This document shows positions 11,949 to 22,109 of a stretch of 64,000 nt of DNA, piece by piece (position 1 is the stretch's first letter; every line of letters begins with the position of its first letter). The position numbers and the translations under genes are program-made. Below the pieces are notes generated by a model. The model saw only the letters and a program-made list of their open reading frames with translations, was not told where the DNA came from and made no database searches. The DNA comes from Eggerthellaceae bacterium (GTDB lineage: Bacteria; Actinomycetota; Coriobacteriia; Coriobacteriales; Eggerthellaceae), in assembly GCA_024691475.1 (NCBI GenBank), contig JAILNP010000026.1, positions 1,669 to 65,668 of the forward strand, read 5' to 3'.

Positions 11949-13541
11949 ATGTCTGAGGTTGCGGCAAGCGCTCCGGTTGGCGTAGACGAGCCAGCCGGGA
12001 AGAAGGGGCGGGGCAAGCGGAAGTTCAGCTTCCCCTCGGCGTTTACCATTCTGTTTGCGGTTACAATCATCGCGGCGCTGTGCACGTATTTCGTGCCGGC
12101 GGGCCAGTACAGCAAGCTGCTGTACGACAGCGATACGGGCATGCTGCAGATGACGGCCCCGTCGGGCGAAGTAGTGGAGCTGGACGCCACGCAGGAAACG
12201 CTTGACGAGCTGGGCGTGAAAATCGACATCGACCAGTTCACGTCGGGCGCCATCACGAAGGCCGTAAGCATTCCGGGCACCTACGAGAGCCTGCCGCAGA
12301 ATCCTTTCCCGTTCACCGACATCCCGTACGCCATGGTCTATGGCGTTATCGATGGCATCGACGTCATGGTCTTCATCCTGTGCCTCGGCGGTCTCATTGG
12401 CGCGGTGAAGGCAACGGGCGCATTCGAAAGCGGCCTTACCGCCCTCACGCGCAAGACGAAGGGCCGCGAGTTCCTGCTGGTATTTGGCGTGTCGTGCTTC
12501 ATGATCTTTGGCGGCACCATGTGCGGCCTGGAAGAGGAGGCCGTTGCGTTCTATCCCATCCTGGCGCCTGTGTTCATCGCGCTTGGGTACGACTCCATCG
12601 TGACCGTGGGCGCCATCTTCATGGCAAGCTCCGTGGGCACGACGTTTTCCACGGTCAACCCGTTCTCGGCGGTCATTGCCTCGAATGCCGCCGGCACCGT
12701 GTTCACCGAGGGTCTGTGGGTGCGCCTGCTGGGCTTGATCGTGGCGTCGGTGGTGTATTTGCTGTACCTGCACTGGTATAGCAAGAATGTGAAGGCGAAT
12801 CCCGAGTTCGGCTATGCCTACGAGGACAGCGCCAAGTTCAACGCCATGTGGAAGCTGGAAGAGGGCGCGGGGGAGAAGCACGTTTTCACCGCGCGCAAGA
12901 AGATCGTATTGTGCATCTTCGTGGCCGCGTTCATCATCATGATCGTGGGCGTCATGAGCCTGGGCTGGTGGTTCCCGCAGATGGCGGCCGAGTTCGTAAC
13001 GCTTGCCATTGCCGTGATGCTCATTGGTGGCTGCGGCAAGCAGGGCATCGGCGAGTCCAAGATGGTAGAGGCCTTCAGCGCGGGCGCGTCCAGCCTGGTG
13101 CCCGTTGCCCTCATCATCGGCCTGGCACGTGGCGTGAACTACGTATTGAACTCGGGCCTTATCAGCGACACCATGCTCTACAGCGCCAGCAATGTCGTTG
13201 CGGGCATGAGCGGCCCCGTGTTCATCATCGCGCTGCTGCTCATCTTCTTCGTGCTGGGCTTCGTGGTTCCCTCGTCGAGCGGCCTGGCCGTGCTGAGCAT
13301 GCCCATCTTTGCGCCCCTGGCTGACACGGTGGGCATTCCCCGCTGGATCATCGTTGCCGCCTATCAGTTCGGCCAGTACGCGATGCTCTACATTGCGCCT
13401 ACCGGCCTGATCATGGCAACGTTGCAGATGCTCGACATGAAGATGTCGCATTGGTTCCGGTTTGTATGGCCCATGATGGTGTTCACGCTCGTGTTCGGTG
13501 CGGTGCTGCTGAGCATTTGCACGATCGTCTTCGCCGTGTAG
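11949..13541 (+). CDS. YfcC/DcuC-family transporter
   Basis: FPSAFTILF, YQF/GQ motif, VPSSSGLAVLSMPIFAPLAD, about 12 TM; RBS GAGGAG before ATG 11949. Confidence 0.85.
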   Translation: MSEVAASAPVGVDEPAGKKGRGKRKFSFPSAFTILFAVTIIAALCTYFVPAGQYSKLLYDSDTGMLQMTAPSGEVVELDATQETLDELGVKIDIDQFTSGAITKAVSIPGTYESLPQNPFPFTDIPYAMVYGVIDGIDVMVFILCLGGLIGAVKATGAFESGLTALTRKTKGREFLLVFGVSCFMIFGGTMCGLEEEAVAFYPILAPVFIALGYDSIVTVGAIFMASSVGTTFSTVNPFSAVIASNAAGTVFTEGLWVRLLGLIVASVVYLLYLHWYSKNVKANPEFGYAYEDSAKFNAMWKLEEGAGEKHVFTARKKIVLCIFVAAFIIMIVGVMSLGWWFPQMAAEFVTLAIAVMLIGGCGKQGIGESKMVEAFSAGASSLVPVALIIGLARGVNYVLNSGLISDTMLYSASNVVAGMSGPVFIIALLLIFFVLGFVVPSSSGLAVLSMPIFAPLADTVGIPRWIIVAAYQFGQYAMLYIAPTGLIMATLQMLDMKMSHWFRFVWPMMVFTLVFGAVLLSICTIVFAV

Positions 13542-13567
13542 CCATCTACCTGCAGTAATCGTCCTTT

Positions 13568-13599
13568 GGCGCCATTCCGCATGGGGTGGCGCCTCTTTT
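13568..13599 (+). terminator. probable intrinsic terminator
   Basis: GGCGCCATTCC-GCAT-GGGGTGGCGCC-TCTTTT. Confidence 0.6.
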
Positions 13600-13786
13600 A
13601 TGCATGGGGGGATTGTTTCGATTGTGTTACATGACGACGCGCTCTACGTGGAGTTATTTAGGTAAAGAAACGCTTTTGCGTGCTGGAGCAGGGGCGCGCG
13701 CAAGGGCATCGGTACAATTGATACTCCGCGGGAGCTATAGACGATTGCGTCCGCGTTAGACGAGAAGCGGTTATGCAAGGAGATGT

Positions 13787-15628
13787 ATGTCAACAGTTAA
13801 GTTCGGCGCGCACGCTCATGCGGATGCGCGTATCGGCGAGTTTGTGCAGAAATTCCCTCGCCGTGTAGAGGCTACGCCGCCGGGCATGTGCCCCGTTGCG
13901 GTCGTCCAATCGTTGTTGCAGACCTCTGCGGTCCAGACGTGCGGAAAGTGCGTCCCTTGTCGCGATGGCCTGCCCCAGCTGGTGAAGATGCTCCAGTCGG
14001 TGCTGGATTGCCAGGCTTCCCCCGAAGATCTGGAGCGCATGCGCGCTCTGGCGGAAGTCGTTGCCGATTCGTCCGATTGCGCCATCGGCTACCAGGCCGC
14101 CCGTTCCGTGCTGGAAGGCATGGAGCTGTTCGCGGATGAGTTTGCCAGCCATGTGAACGAACATCGCTGCCTTTCCGATGTGGAGCAGACGGTTCCCTGC
14201 GAAACGCTGTGCCCTGCGCATGTGAACGTACCTGCATATGTTGCGCTGGCAGGCGAGGGCGATTTCGCTGGCGCCATCGGCATGATCCGCAAGGACAACC
14301 CGTTCCCCACGGCATGCGCCTACGTGTGCGAGCATCCGTGCGAGACGCGTTGCCGCCGCAAGCTCATCGACGCTCCCATCAACATTCGCGGCATCAAGAA
14401 GTACGCGGTCGACAATCTGGCCGCCGACCAGGTGCCCACGCCCAAGCGCAACCCCGATACCGGCCGCAGCGTTGCCGTCATCGGTGGTGGCCCTGCTGGC
14501 ATGACCAGCGCATATTACCTGGCGCTCATGGGTCACAAGGTTACGGTGTTCGAAAGCCACCCCGAGCTGGGCGGCATGATGCGCTATGCCATTCCGCCGT
14601 ATCGCTTCCCCCGCAAGCGCCTGGACGAAGACATCAACGCCATCCTTTCCGTTGGCAACATCGATGTCCGCTACAACACTACCGTCACTGCGGAAAGCAT
14701 GAAGGACATCGCGGAGTCGTTCGACGCCGTGTACGTTGCCATTGGCGCCCAGAAGGGCCGCACGCTTTCCATCCCGGGTGCCGAAGGTGCCCGCGGTATC
14801 ATTCCTGCTATCGACGCGCTCGCTCATGCGGGCCTGCCCACGTTCCCCGATATGCAGGGCAAGAACGTGGTGGTCGTAGGCGGCGGCAACGTGGCCATGG
14901 ACGCCGCGCGCTCCTCGGTGCGCGCCGGTGCCGCCAGCGTCACGGTTGCCTACCGTCGTAGGCTGGAAGACATGACGGCACTCGAGACCGAAATTCACAG
15001 CGCCATCGAAGAGGGTGTGGAGATGCTCATGCTCCAGTCGCCCGCTTCCGTGGAAACCGACGAAGAGGGCAACTGCGTGGCGCTTATCACGCAGCCCCAG
15101 ATGATCAGCGCCGTGAAGCGCGGTCGTCCCGCGCCCGTGGCTGCCAACAAGCCGGAAGTGCGCATTCCTGCCGACCTTATTTTGGTCGCCATCGGCCAGG
15201 ACATCGTGTCGGCTCCGTTCGAGGAGTTCGGTCTGAAGGCTAACCGCGGTTGCTTTGCCGCCAACGCTGAACTGCAGGCGGATGGCTTCCAGAACGTGTT
15301 TGTGGGTGGCGACTGCCAGACGGGCCCCAAGACCGTCATCATGGCCATTGCCGCAGGCAAGGTTGCCGCGCGCAACATCGACGAGTACCTGGGATTCCAT
15401 CATAAGCTCGACTGCGGCGTGGAAGTGCCCGTTGCGGCTCCCAACGACCTTACGGAGTACGGTCGCGTGGACGTCGTGGAGCGCCCCGCGCGCGAGCGCA
15501 AGCATGATTGGAATGCCGTCGAGGTCGAAATGACCAAGGAAGAAGCCGTGCAGGAGTGCGGCCGTTGCCTTCGCTGCGACCACTTCGGTTGCGGCACGCT
15601 GGTGGGAGGACGTGTTGAAATTGATTAA
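13787..15628 (+). CDS. GltD/SfrB-like NAD(P)H-binding Fe-S flavoprotein with N-terminal NuoF-type 4Fe-4S domain; partner of the FDH alpha subunit
   Basis: CGKCVPCRDG...C, CETLCPAHVNVP, CAYVCEHPCETRCRR, VIGGGPAG, VVGGGNVAMD, C-terminal CGRCLRCD. Confidence 0.85.
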   Translation: MSTVKFGAHAHADARIGEFVQKFPRRVEATPPGMCPVAVVQSLLQTSAVQTCGKCVPCRDGLPQLVKMLQSVLDCQASPEDLERMRALAEVVADSSDCAIGYQAARSVLEGMELFADEFASHVNEHRCLSDVEQTVPCETLCPAHVNVPAYVALAGEGDFAGAIGMIRKDNPFPTACAYVCEHPCETRCRRKLIDAPINIRGIKKYAVDNLAADQVPTPKRNPDTGRSVAVIGGGPAGMTSAYYLALMGHKVTVFESHPELGGMMRYAIPPYRFPRKRLDEDINAILSVGNIDVRYNTTVTAESMKDIAESFDAVYVAIGAQKGRTLSIPGAEGARGIIPAIDALAHAGLPTFPDMQGKNVVVVGGGNVAMDAARSSVRAGAASVTVAYRRRLEDMTALETEIHSAIEEGVEMLMLQSPASVETDEEGNCVALITQPQMISAVKRGRPAPVAANKPEVRIPADLILVAIGQDIVSAPFEEFGLKANRGCFAANAELQADGFQNVFVGGDCQTGPKTVIMAIAAGKVAARNIDEYLGFHHKLDCGVEVPVAAPNDLTEYGRVDVVERPARERKHDWNAVEVEMTKEEAVQECGRCLRCDHFGCGTLVGGRVEID

Positions 15629-18323
15629 TCTGGTTATCGATGGCCAGCAGGTTTCCTGCTCGTCCCATGACACCATTCTCTCTGCCGCTCACAAGGCCGG
15701 CATTCGCATTCCCAAGCTTTGCTTCCTGAGGGGCACGAACAATATCGCCTCGTGCCGCGTGTGCGTGGTGGAAGTGGAGGGCGCCAGCCGCCTGGTCACT
15801 GCCTGCAATACGCCTGCCCAGGAAGGCATGGTCATTACCACGAACTCTCCGCGCGTTTTGGCTGCGCGCCGTACCGCCCTGTCGCTGATCCTCGCCAATG
15901 GCGGCAAGAACGCGCTCGAGGCGCTCGACGGCCAGGCCACCGAGTTCGCCCGCGTATGCCGCGATTGCGGCGTGGACTCCTCTGAGTTTCAGGTTACCCC
16001 GCAGGCCGAAGAGCCCGTGGTAGAGGGCAACCCCTTCCTGGCCTACAACCCTAACCTGTGCATCCAGTGCCAGCGTTGCGTGGGTGCCTGCAACAAGCGC
16101 GCCGGCAACCATACGCTCGTGGCGGGCAAGCAGGGCATTCGCTCTACCATCGTGGCGCCGTTCGGCCCCGACTGGAAGGCAACCGATTGCGAATCGTGCG
16201 GCAACTGTGCCCAGGCGTGCCCCACGGGTGCCCTCATCAGCCTGAACAAGCGCGCTTATAGCGCCGACGAAGTCAGCTACGTGCGCACGACGTGCCCCCA
16301 TTGCGCCACTGGCTGCCAGTACGACCTGGTGGTCAAGGATGGCCGCATCGTGGACACGCGCGCCGCGAAGGGCCCTTCCAACAACGGTCTCCTGTGCGTG
16401 AAGGGCCGCTTCGGCAGCTTCGATTTCGCACAGTCCGAAGACCGCCTTACCACGCCGCTCATCAAGGATCGCGCTACGGGCGAGTTCCGCGAGGCTTCCT
16501 GGGACGAGGCGCTCGACCTGGTTGCTTCCAAGTTCACCGCGCTGCGCGATGAATTCGGTGGGGAAGCGCTTGCCGCGTTTGCCTGTGCTCGTTCCGCCAA
16601 CGAGGACATCTACATGCTCCAGAAGATGGCGCGCACGGCATTTCGCACCAACAACGTGGACAACTGCGCTCGCGTGTGCCATGCCCCCAGCGTTGCCGGT
16701 CTTGCCCGCACGCTTGGCTCTGGCGCCATGACGAACACCATCCGCGACATCACGAACGACGTCGATGTCATCATGCTCGTGGGCTCCAACCCCGAAGAGG
16801 CGCATCCCGTCATCGGCATGCAGATTCGCCAGGCCGTGGAAGCGGGTGCCCAGCTTATCGTGGTCGACCCGCGTGACATTGGCCTTACGTCGAAGGCCGA
16901 CATTCACCTGAAACTTCGCCCCGGCACGAACGTGGCGTTCTCGAACGGCATGGCGCACATCATGATCGAGGAAGGCCTCATCGACGAGGAGTTCATCGCT
17001 CAGCGCACCGAGAAGTTCGAAGAGTTCCGCGAAATGGTTGCCTCGTACACGCCCGAGCGCGTTGCCGAGATCTGCGGCATCGACGCCCGCGACCTTATCC
17101 AGGCTGCTCGCCTGTATGCCTCTGCCGAAAAGGCCCCCATCATCTACTGCCTGGGCGTTACCGAACACTCCACGGGCACCGAAGGCGTTATGTCCATGTC
17201 GAACATGGCCATGCTCTGCGGCAAGCTGGGCAAGCCTGGTTGCGGCGTGAACCCCATTCGCGGCCAGAACAACGTTCAGGGCGCTTGCGACATGGGTGCG
17301 CTGCCTACCGATTTCCCGGGCTACCAGAAGCTCGCCAACGAAGAGGTCGTCAAGAAGTTCGAAGACGCCTGGGGCGTGGAACTGCCGCGTTGGCAGGGCC
17401 TGTGCGCTACCGAGGTGTTCCCGGCGGCCATCGAAGGCAAGATCAAGGGCCTGTTCATCTTCGGCGAGGACCCGGTTCGCACCGACCCTGATACGCATCA
17501 TGTCATCCGCGCGCTTGAAAGCCTGGACTTCCTGGTCATGAGCGAGCTGTTCCTTACGGAAACGGCCAAGTACGCCGACGTCATCCTGCCTGGTCGCGCC
17601 TACGTGGAAAAGGAAGGTACGTTCTCGAACACCGAGCGTCGCGTGCAGCGCATCCGCAAGGCCGTGGAAGGCCCCCAGGGTTCGCGTCTGGACATCGACA
17701 TCTTCACCGACATCATGAATCGCATGGGCTATGCGCAGCCGAAGGTTACGTCCGCCCAGGTAATGGACGAGATCGCCAGCCTTACGCCTTCGTTTGCGGG
17801 CATTAGCCACGCGCGCCTGGATAGCAAGGAAGTTGCCGGCCGCGGCCTGCAGTGGCCGTGCCTGGGCCCCGACCATCCGGGTACGCCCATCATGCACGTG
17901 GGCACGTTCTCTCGCGGTCTGGGCATGTTCTCCGTTGCGGAGTACCGTCCTTCCACGGAACAGCCTGACGAGAGTTTCCCGCTCATCATGATGACGGGCC
18001 GCGTGCTTAGCCAGTACAACGCCTGCGCCATGACGAGCCGCACCGAGGGCCTGAATGAGATGTGCGGTTCTTCGTTCATCGAGGTGAACACCAAGGATGC
18101 CGCCGAACGCGGCATTGCCGATGGCGACAAGGTTCGCGTGTTCTCGCGCCGTGGTGAAATCATTTCCACCGCGCGCGTTTCGGGCAAGACGAATGAGGGC
18201 CAGACGTGGATGCCGTTCCACTTCCAGGACGGCAACAGTAACTGGCTCACAATTGCCGCGCTTGATAACATCTGCGCAGCTCCCGAATACAAGGTCTGCG
18301 CCATTCAGGTGGAAAAGGCATAG
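15621..18323 (+). CDS. fdhF: cytoplasmic formate dehydrogenase alpha subunit (Mo/W-bisPGD, Cys-type), FdhF/SfrA-like
   Basis: N-terminal 2Fe-2S (CFL...SCRVCVVE...TAC), two 4Fe-4S (CIQCQRC, CESCGNC), CPHCATGC...LCVKG, active site DNCARVCHAPS (TGC at 16677), RGQNNVQG. No Tat signal. Start TTG 15615 or 15621. Confidence 0.88.
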   Translation: MINLVIDGQQVSCSSHDTILSAAHKAGIRIPKLCFLRGTNNIASCRVCVVEVEGASRLVTACNTPAQEGMVITTNSPRVLAARRTALSLILANGGKNALEALDGQATEFARVCRDCGVDSSEFQVTPQAEEPVVEGNPFLAYNPNLCIQCQRCVGACNKRAGNHTLVAGKQGIRSTIVAPFGPDWKATDCESCGNCAQACPTGALISLNKRAYSADEVSYVRTTCPHCATGCQYDLVVKDGRIVDTRAAKGPSNNGLLCVKGRFGSFDFAQSEDRLTTPLIKDRATGEFREASWDEALDLVASKFTALRDEFGGEALAAFACARSANEDIYMLQKMARTAFRTNNVDNCARVCHAPSVAGLARTLGSGAMTNTIRDITNDVDVIMLVGSNPEEAHPVIGMQIRQAVEAGAQLIVVDPRDIGLTSKADIHLKLRPGTNVAFSNGMAHIMIEEGLIDEEFIAQRTEKFEEFREMVASYTPERVAEICGIDARDLIQAARLYASAEKAPIIYCLGVTEHSTGTEGVMSMSNMAMLCGKLGKPGCGVNPIRGQNNVQGACDMGALPTDFPGYQKLANEEVVKKFEDAWGVELPRWQGLCATEVFPAAIEGKIKGLFIFGEDPVRTDPDTHHVIRALESLDFLVMSELFLTETAKYADVILPGRAYVEKEGTFSNTERRVQRIRKAVEGPQGSRLDIDIFTDIMNRMGYAQPKVTSAQVMDEIASLTPSFAGISHARLDSKEVAGRGLQWPCLGPDHPGTPIMHVGTFSRGLGMFSVAEYRPSTEQPDESFPLIMMTGRVLSQYNACAMTSRTEGLNEMCGSSFIEVNTKDAAERGIADGDKVRVFSRRGEIISTARVSGKTNEGQTWMPFHFQDGNSNWLTIAALDNICAAPEYKVCAIQVEKA

Positions 18324-18347
18324 CGCCTGCTTCCATAGTCGTAACGC

Positions 18348-18384
18348 AAACGGGTGCGAGCAATCTGCTCGCACCCGTTTTTTT
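18348..18384. terminator. terminator between convergent fdhF and selB
   Basis: AAACGGGTGCGAGCA-ATC-TGCTCGCACCCGTTT-TTTT. Confidence 0.85.
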
Positions 18385-18413
18385 CTTGCAGCGGAATTGT
18401 TTGTAAGGGCGGC

Positions 18414-20336
18414 TTATCCCAGCGTGCGCATGTTTCCTTCGCGCTTGGTGACGCCGCGCGCGTCGAGTAGCTCCAGCAGGGGAACGGCGTACTTGCGCGT
18501 GGTGCCCAGCGCGTCCTTCAGGTCGGCTACGCTGGCTTCGCCATGTTCTTGCAAATACGCTTGCACGGCCTGTGCACACTTCTGAATGGCCGTCTCGCTG
18601 AAGAACAGGTCGGCGTCGAGCTTCGTCACCATGCCGTCGCGCTTCAGCTGGTTCAGGGCCTTGTCGCCCATGCGCGGGTCTACTCCCGCCTGCGTGAACA
18701 GGTCGGTGCGCAGCGGGGGCGTGGCGAATTCCGCATCGAGCACGGTCAGCAGCGCGGCTGCGGCATCATCGATGGCGGCAGCTGCGGCGCCTTGGGCGCT
18801 GGGGTGGCCAATGTGGCCGCCGGAATGCGTGGCCTTGCCTGCGGCCTCCGCCTCGCGTACGAGCGCGGAAAAGCAGCTGGCAGAGCAGCGTGGCGCACTC
18901 TGGCGACGCAGGTCTTCGGACGCAATGCCAATGGCCTGCGGGTTCTTCGCGTGGAATGCCAGCAGCGCGCGTTCGATGGCGCTCACGTGCTTCTGCACGA
19001 CGCGGCGTGTGGTGTACAGCGTGTCGCCTTCCGCTTGCAGCGTCACGAGCTTGCGGGCTGCAGCGGCGGTTTCCAGGCATTCGGAAACAACGTCCACGGG
19101 CAGGCCCAGCCCGCGTGCCAGCGAAGCGGCACTTGCGGGGAATTCCTCGCGTTCCACCGCGGCCTGAACAGCCGTGGCTACGTCGCCGTCGCGCAGCGCG
19201 TCGAGCATGGTGCGATCGACGTCGGTAAGGTTCGTGCGCCTACGCGGATGCGCCAGCAGGATGCGGCCACCGCCGGCTACCTGTACGGGCGAGTACGTGC
19301 GCACGATGAATCGGTCGCTGCTGGCAACGGGCAGGGGCTCTTCCAGGCGAATTTGCGCGTACGTGCTCTCTCCCGAGGCCAGCGTCTTCTTGCCGTCGCA
19401 GAACAACACACGCCCCAGCACTTCGCGGGTGCCATGAGCCACGTGCATGCGCGCGCCCGTTTCCAGGGGCTTGCCGGTCTTGGCGGTGTCCAGATAGGTG
19501 AAGAACGCGTCGAAGCGGTCGCTCGTGGCCAGCGTGCCGGGTTCGGCCAGGAAATCGCCGGGGGCAATCTGGCTGGTGGAAAGATCGGGCAGGTTCAACG
19601 CCACGCGGTTGCCGGCGCACGCCACATCTACGGGTTGGTCGTGCATTTGAACCGAGCGGATGCGGCTCGTCTTGCCGCTGGGAAGCACTTCCACGGTACC
19701 GCCCACGCGCGCCTCGCCGCTCCACAGCGTGCCCGTGATCACGGTGCCTGCGCCCTTGATGGTGAACACGCGGTCTACCGGCAGGCGCAGCGCGCGGTGT
19801 TGCCGTGCGGGCTCCACGCCCGAGCATGCGCGCTGGATAGCGGCGCGCACCTCTTCCACGCCCGTGCCCTCAACGGAGCTCACGGGGATGATTTCTGCCT
19901 GAGCGTAGGGCGTATTCTGCAGGAACGAGCGAATCTCGTCGCTCATGAAGGCAATCCAGTCGCTGTCGACCAGGTCGGCCTTGCTCAGGGCCACTACGCA
20001 GGCGGGAACGCCCAGTGTTTCCAGAACGGCAACGTGTTCGATGGTCTGCGGCATGATGCCATCGTCGGCAGCGATGACCAGCAGCGCCACGTCGATGCCG
20101 GTGGCGCCCGCGATCATCTGGCGTACGAATCGCTCGTGACCCGGCACGTCTACCACGCCCATGGTGCGGCCGTCGGGCAATTCCAGCTGGGCGAACCCAA
20201 GCTCGATGGTGATGCCGCGCTTCTTTTCCTCGCGCAGGCGGTCGGGGTCGGTGCCCGTAAGCGCCAACGTGAGCGACGATTTACCGTGGTCGATGTGACC
20301 GGCGGTGCCCAATACCAGATGGGGTGCATTTGCCAT
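18414..20336 (-). CDS. selB: selenocysteine-specific elongation factor
   Basis: [38 protein letters not shown]; C-terminal w[17 protein letters not shown]. Confidence 0.97.
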   Translation of the reverse strand: MANAPHLVLGTAGHIDHGKSSLTLALTGTDPDRLREEKKRGITIELGFAQLELPDGRTMGVVDVPGHERFVRQMIAGATGIDVALLVIAADDGIMPQTIEHVAVLETLGVPACVVALSKADLVDSDWIAFMSDEIRSFLQNTPYAQAEIIPVSSVEGTGVEEVRAAIQRACSGVEPARQHRALRLPVDRVFTIKGAGTVITGTLWSGEARVGGTVEVLPSGKTSRIRSVQMHDQPVDVACAGNRVALNLPDLSTSQIAPGDFLAEPGTLATSDRFDAFFTYLDTAKTGKPLETGARMHVAHGTREVLGRVLFCDGKKTLASGESTYAQIRLEEPLPVASSDRFIVRTYSPVQVAGGGRILLAHPRRRTNLTDVDRTMLDALRDGDVATAVQAAVEREEFPASAASLARGLGLPVDVVSECLETAAAARKLVTLQAEGDTLYTTRRVVQKHVSAIERALLAFHAKNPQAIGIASEDLRRQSAPRCSASCFSALVREAEAAGKATHSGGHIGHPSAQGAAAAAIDDAAAALLTVLDAEFATPPLRTDLFTQAGVDPRMGDKALNQLKRDGMVTKLDADLFFSETAIQKCAQAVQAYLQEHGEASVADLKDALGTTRKYAVPLLELLDARGVTKREGNMRTLG

Positions 20337-20339
20337 GGC

Positions 20340-21779
20340 TTATTCTCCTAGGCGATCGAAGTAGGCTGCAACGCCTTGGGCGATGGCCTCGATTTCCTCG
20401 TTGTCAAGCAGCGTGCGCGCGTCGAATAGAAGGCGCTCGTGGGAAAGGCGCGCCACGATGGGGACGGGGCAGCGCTTCACCAGGTATTCGTCGGCGCTCT
20501 GTGCGTCGCCCTGCAGGAAGCGCACCTCCACGCAGAACGTGGGGATGTCGTACATAGGCAGCGCGCCACCGCCGGCGCGTGACGTTTCGGTCACGATGTC
20601 TACTGCGATATTGCCGGGATGCACCGTCGCCAGCAGCGCGCTCTTCAGCTGCTCGGCGCGTTCCGCAACGGATTCGGCGCTTTCGGTAAGCATGCGCAGC
20701 GTGGGGATGCGCGTCTTGGCGTCGTCGCCCAGGTACAGGCGCAGCGTGGCCTCCAGTGCGGCAATGGTCATCTTGTCCAGGCGCAGCGCGCGGGCGAGGG
20801 GATTCTTCTTCAGGCGGTCGATGAGTTCCTTGCGGCCGCAGATGATGCCTGCCTGCGGGCCGCCCAGCAGCTTGTCGCCGCTGAACGATACCAGGTCGGC
20901 GCCAGCCTTCAGCGACTGGGCCACGGTGCTCTCGGCGCGCTTGCCGAAGCTTTCCTCCAGGTGCTCGAATGCGCCCGAGCCCTGGTCCTCGTACACCATG
21001 ATGGGCTCGCCTTCGCGCTTCGCGTTTTCCGTATCGGCCAGGGCGCGCAGCTGCTGGATGCTCACCGTTTCGGTGAAGCCCTGAATGAGGAAGTTGCTGG
21101 GGTGCACCTTCAGTAGCATGGCGGTGTCGGGCGTGATGACGCTCTCGTAGTCCTCGATGTGCGTCTTGTTCGTGCAGCCCACGTCGATCATGCGCGCGTT
21201 CGACATCTCCATGATGCTGGGGATGCGGAACGAGCCGCCGATCTCCACGAGCTCGCCGCGCGAGACGATGGCCTCGTGCCCGCGGGCAAATTCGGCGAGC
21301 ACCATGAGCACGGCTGCGGCATTGTTGTTTACGGCGATGGCGGCTTCCGCGCCCGTGAGCGCGCAGACCAGGCTTTCGTAGTGGTCGTGCCTGCTGCCGC
21401 GGGCCATCTTGTTGATGCTGTATTCCAGGGTGGAGTAGCCCGTGATGGCGTCGTTTACGGCGGCCACGGCTTCGGGTGCCATGACGCTGCGGCCCAGGTT
21501 CGTGTGGATGACCACGCCCGAGGCATTGATGACGCGGCGCAGCGAAGGGCGCTGCAGGGCAAGTGCGGCGCGAGCGGATGCGTCGGCCACGGCCTGCAGG
21601 GTCACGACGGGGGTTTCCCCGTTCAGGATGCGCTGGCGCAGCCCGTCGATGCTCGAGCGCACGGCGTCGGCGGCAATGGAATGCGGAACCAATTCCAGCA
21701 TGGCCTTCATGTAGTCATGTTTCAGCACTTCCTCTACCTGGGGAAGTGCGCGTAGGAGTTCGCGGGATGCGTTTTCCAT
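20340..21779 (-). CDS. selA: L-seryl-tRNA(Sec) selenium transferase
   Basis: VINASGVVIHTNLGRS, VNNNAAAV, SRGELVEIGGSFRIP, FSGDKLLGGPQAGII, RALRLDK. AGGAG RBS before ATG 21779. Confidence 0.97.
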   Translation of the reverse strand: MENASRELLRALPQVEEVLKHDYMKAMLELVPHSIAADAVRSSIDGLRQRILNGETPVVTLQAVADASARAALALQRPSLRRVINASGVVIHTNLGRSVMAPEAVAAVNDAITGYSTLEYSINKMARGSRHDHYESLVCALTGAEAAIAVNNNAAAVLMVLAEFARGHEAIVSRGELVEIGGSFRIPSIMEMSNARMIDVGCTNKTHIEDYESVITPDTAMLLKVHPSNFLIQGFTETVSIQQLRALADTENAKREGEPIMVYEDQGSGAFEHLEESFGKRAESTVAQSLKAGADLVSFSGDKLLGGPQAGIICGRKELIDRLKKNPLARALRLDKMTIAALEATLRLYLGDDAKTRIPTLRMLTESAESVAERAEQLKSALLATVHPGNIAVDIVTETSRAGGGALPMYDIPTFCVEVRFLQGDAQSADEYLVKRCPVPIVARLSHERLLFDARTLLDNEEIEAIAQGVAAYFDRLGE

Positions 21780-22017
21780 GAACGGCTCCTTCTGCAATCG
21801 CTTGGGCTGCTTTGCCGAGCGTTAGTACTAGCTGCAAATATAAGCATCGTAACGCATTGATGCAGGTGCGTGTTTGATTTTTGCGAAACGGTACGAACCC
21901 TGCCCATTGCGCGCTATGGATGTATAATCACCGCAGCAATGCGATGCCCGACGTTCGGGAATTCTGCAAATCGCATGCCATGTTTTGCCTGCGCGCCATT
22001 TCTGCTGGCGTCGCAAA

Positions 22018-22044
22018 AGCCGTCCGACGAGAACGGCTGTTTTT
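22018..22044 (+). terminator. terminator-like hairpin inside the 5' leader of the reductase operon
   Basis: AGCCGT-N9-ACGGCT-GTTTTT, downstream of TATAAT (21923-21928) and upstream of ATG 22110. Confidence 0.4.
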
Positions 22045-22109
22045 CCATACCCCCATTTTGCGTTAGGCGCTGCTAACGCAGGTGCGTTGCGCGCCGGAAG
22101 GAGAAGCAC

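Noticed and set aside
16677-16710. SECIS-like sequence (GTTGCCGGTCT) after the active-site codon of the cytoplasmic FDH
   Set aside because: The codon is TGC and the 3' arm (TGCC) cannot pair with the 5' arm; the similarity reflects the conserved VAGL peptide.
15450-18374. Very long antisense ORFs (974 aa here; also 44895..47717, 7115..8899, 13790..15676, 56403..58283, 61715..63490)
   Set aside because: Shadows of high-GC coding genes on the opposite strand; no motifs, and the sense proteins are clearly recognisable.
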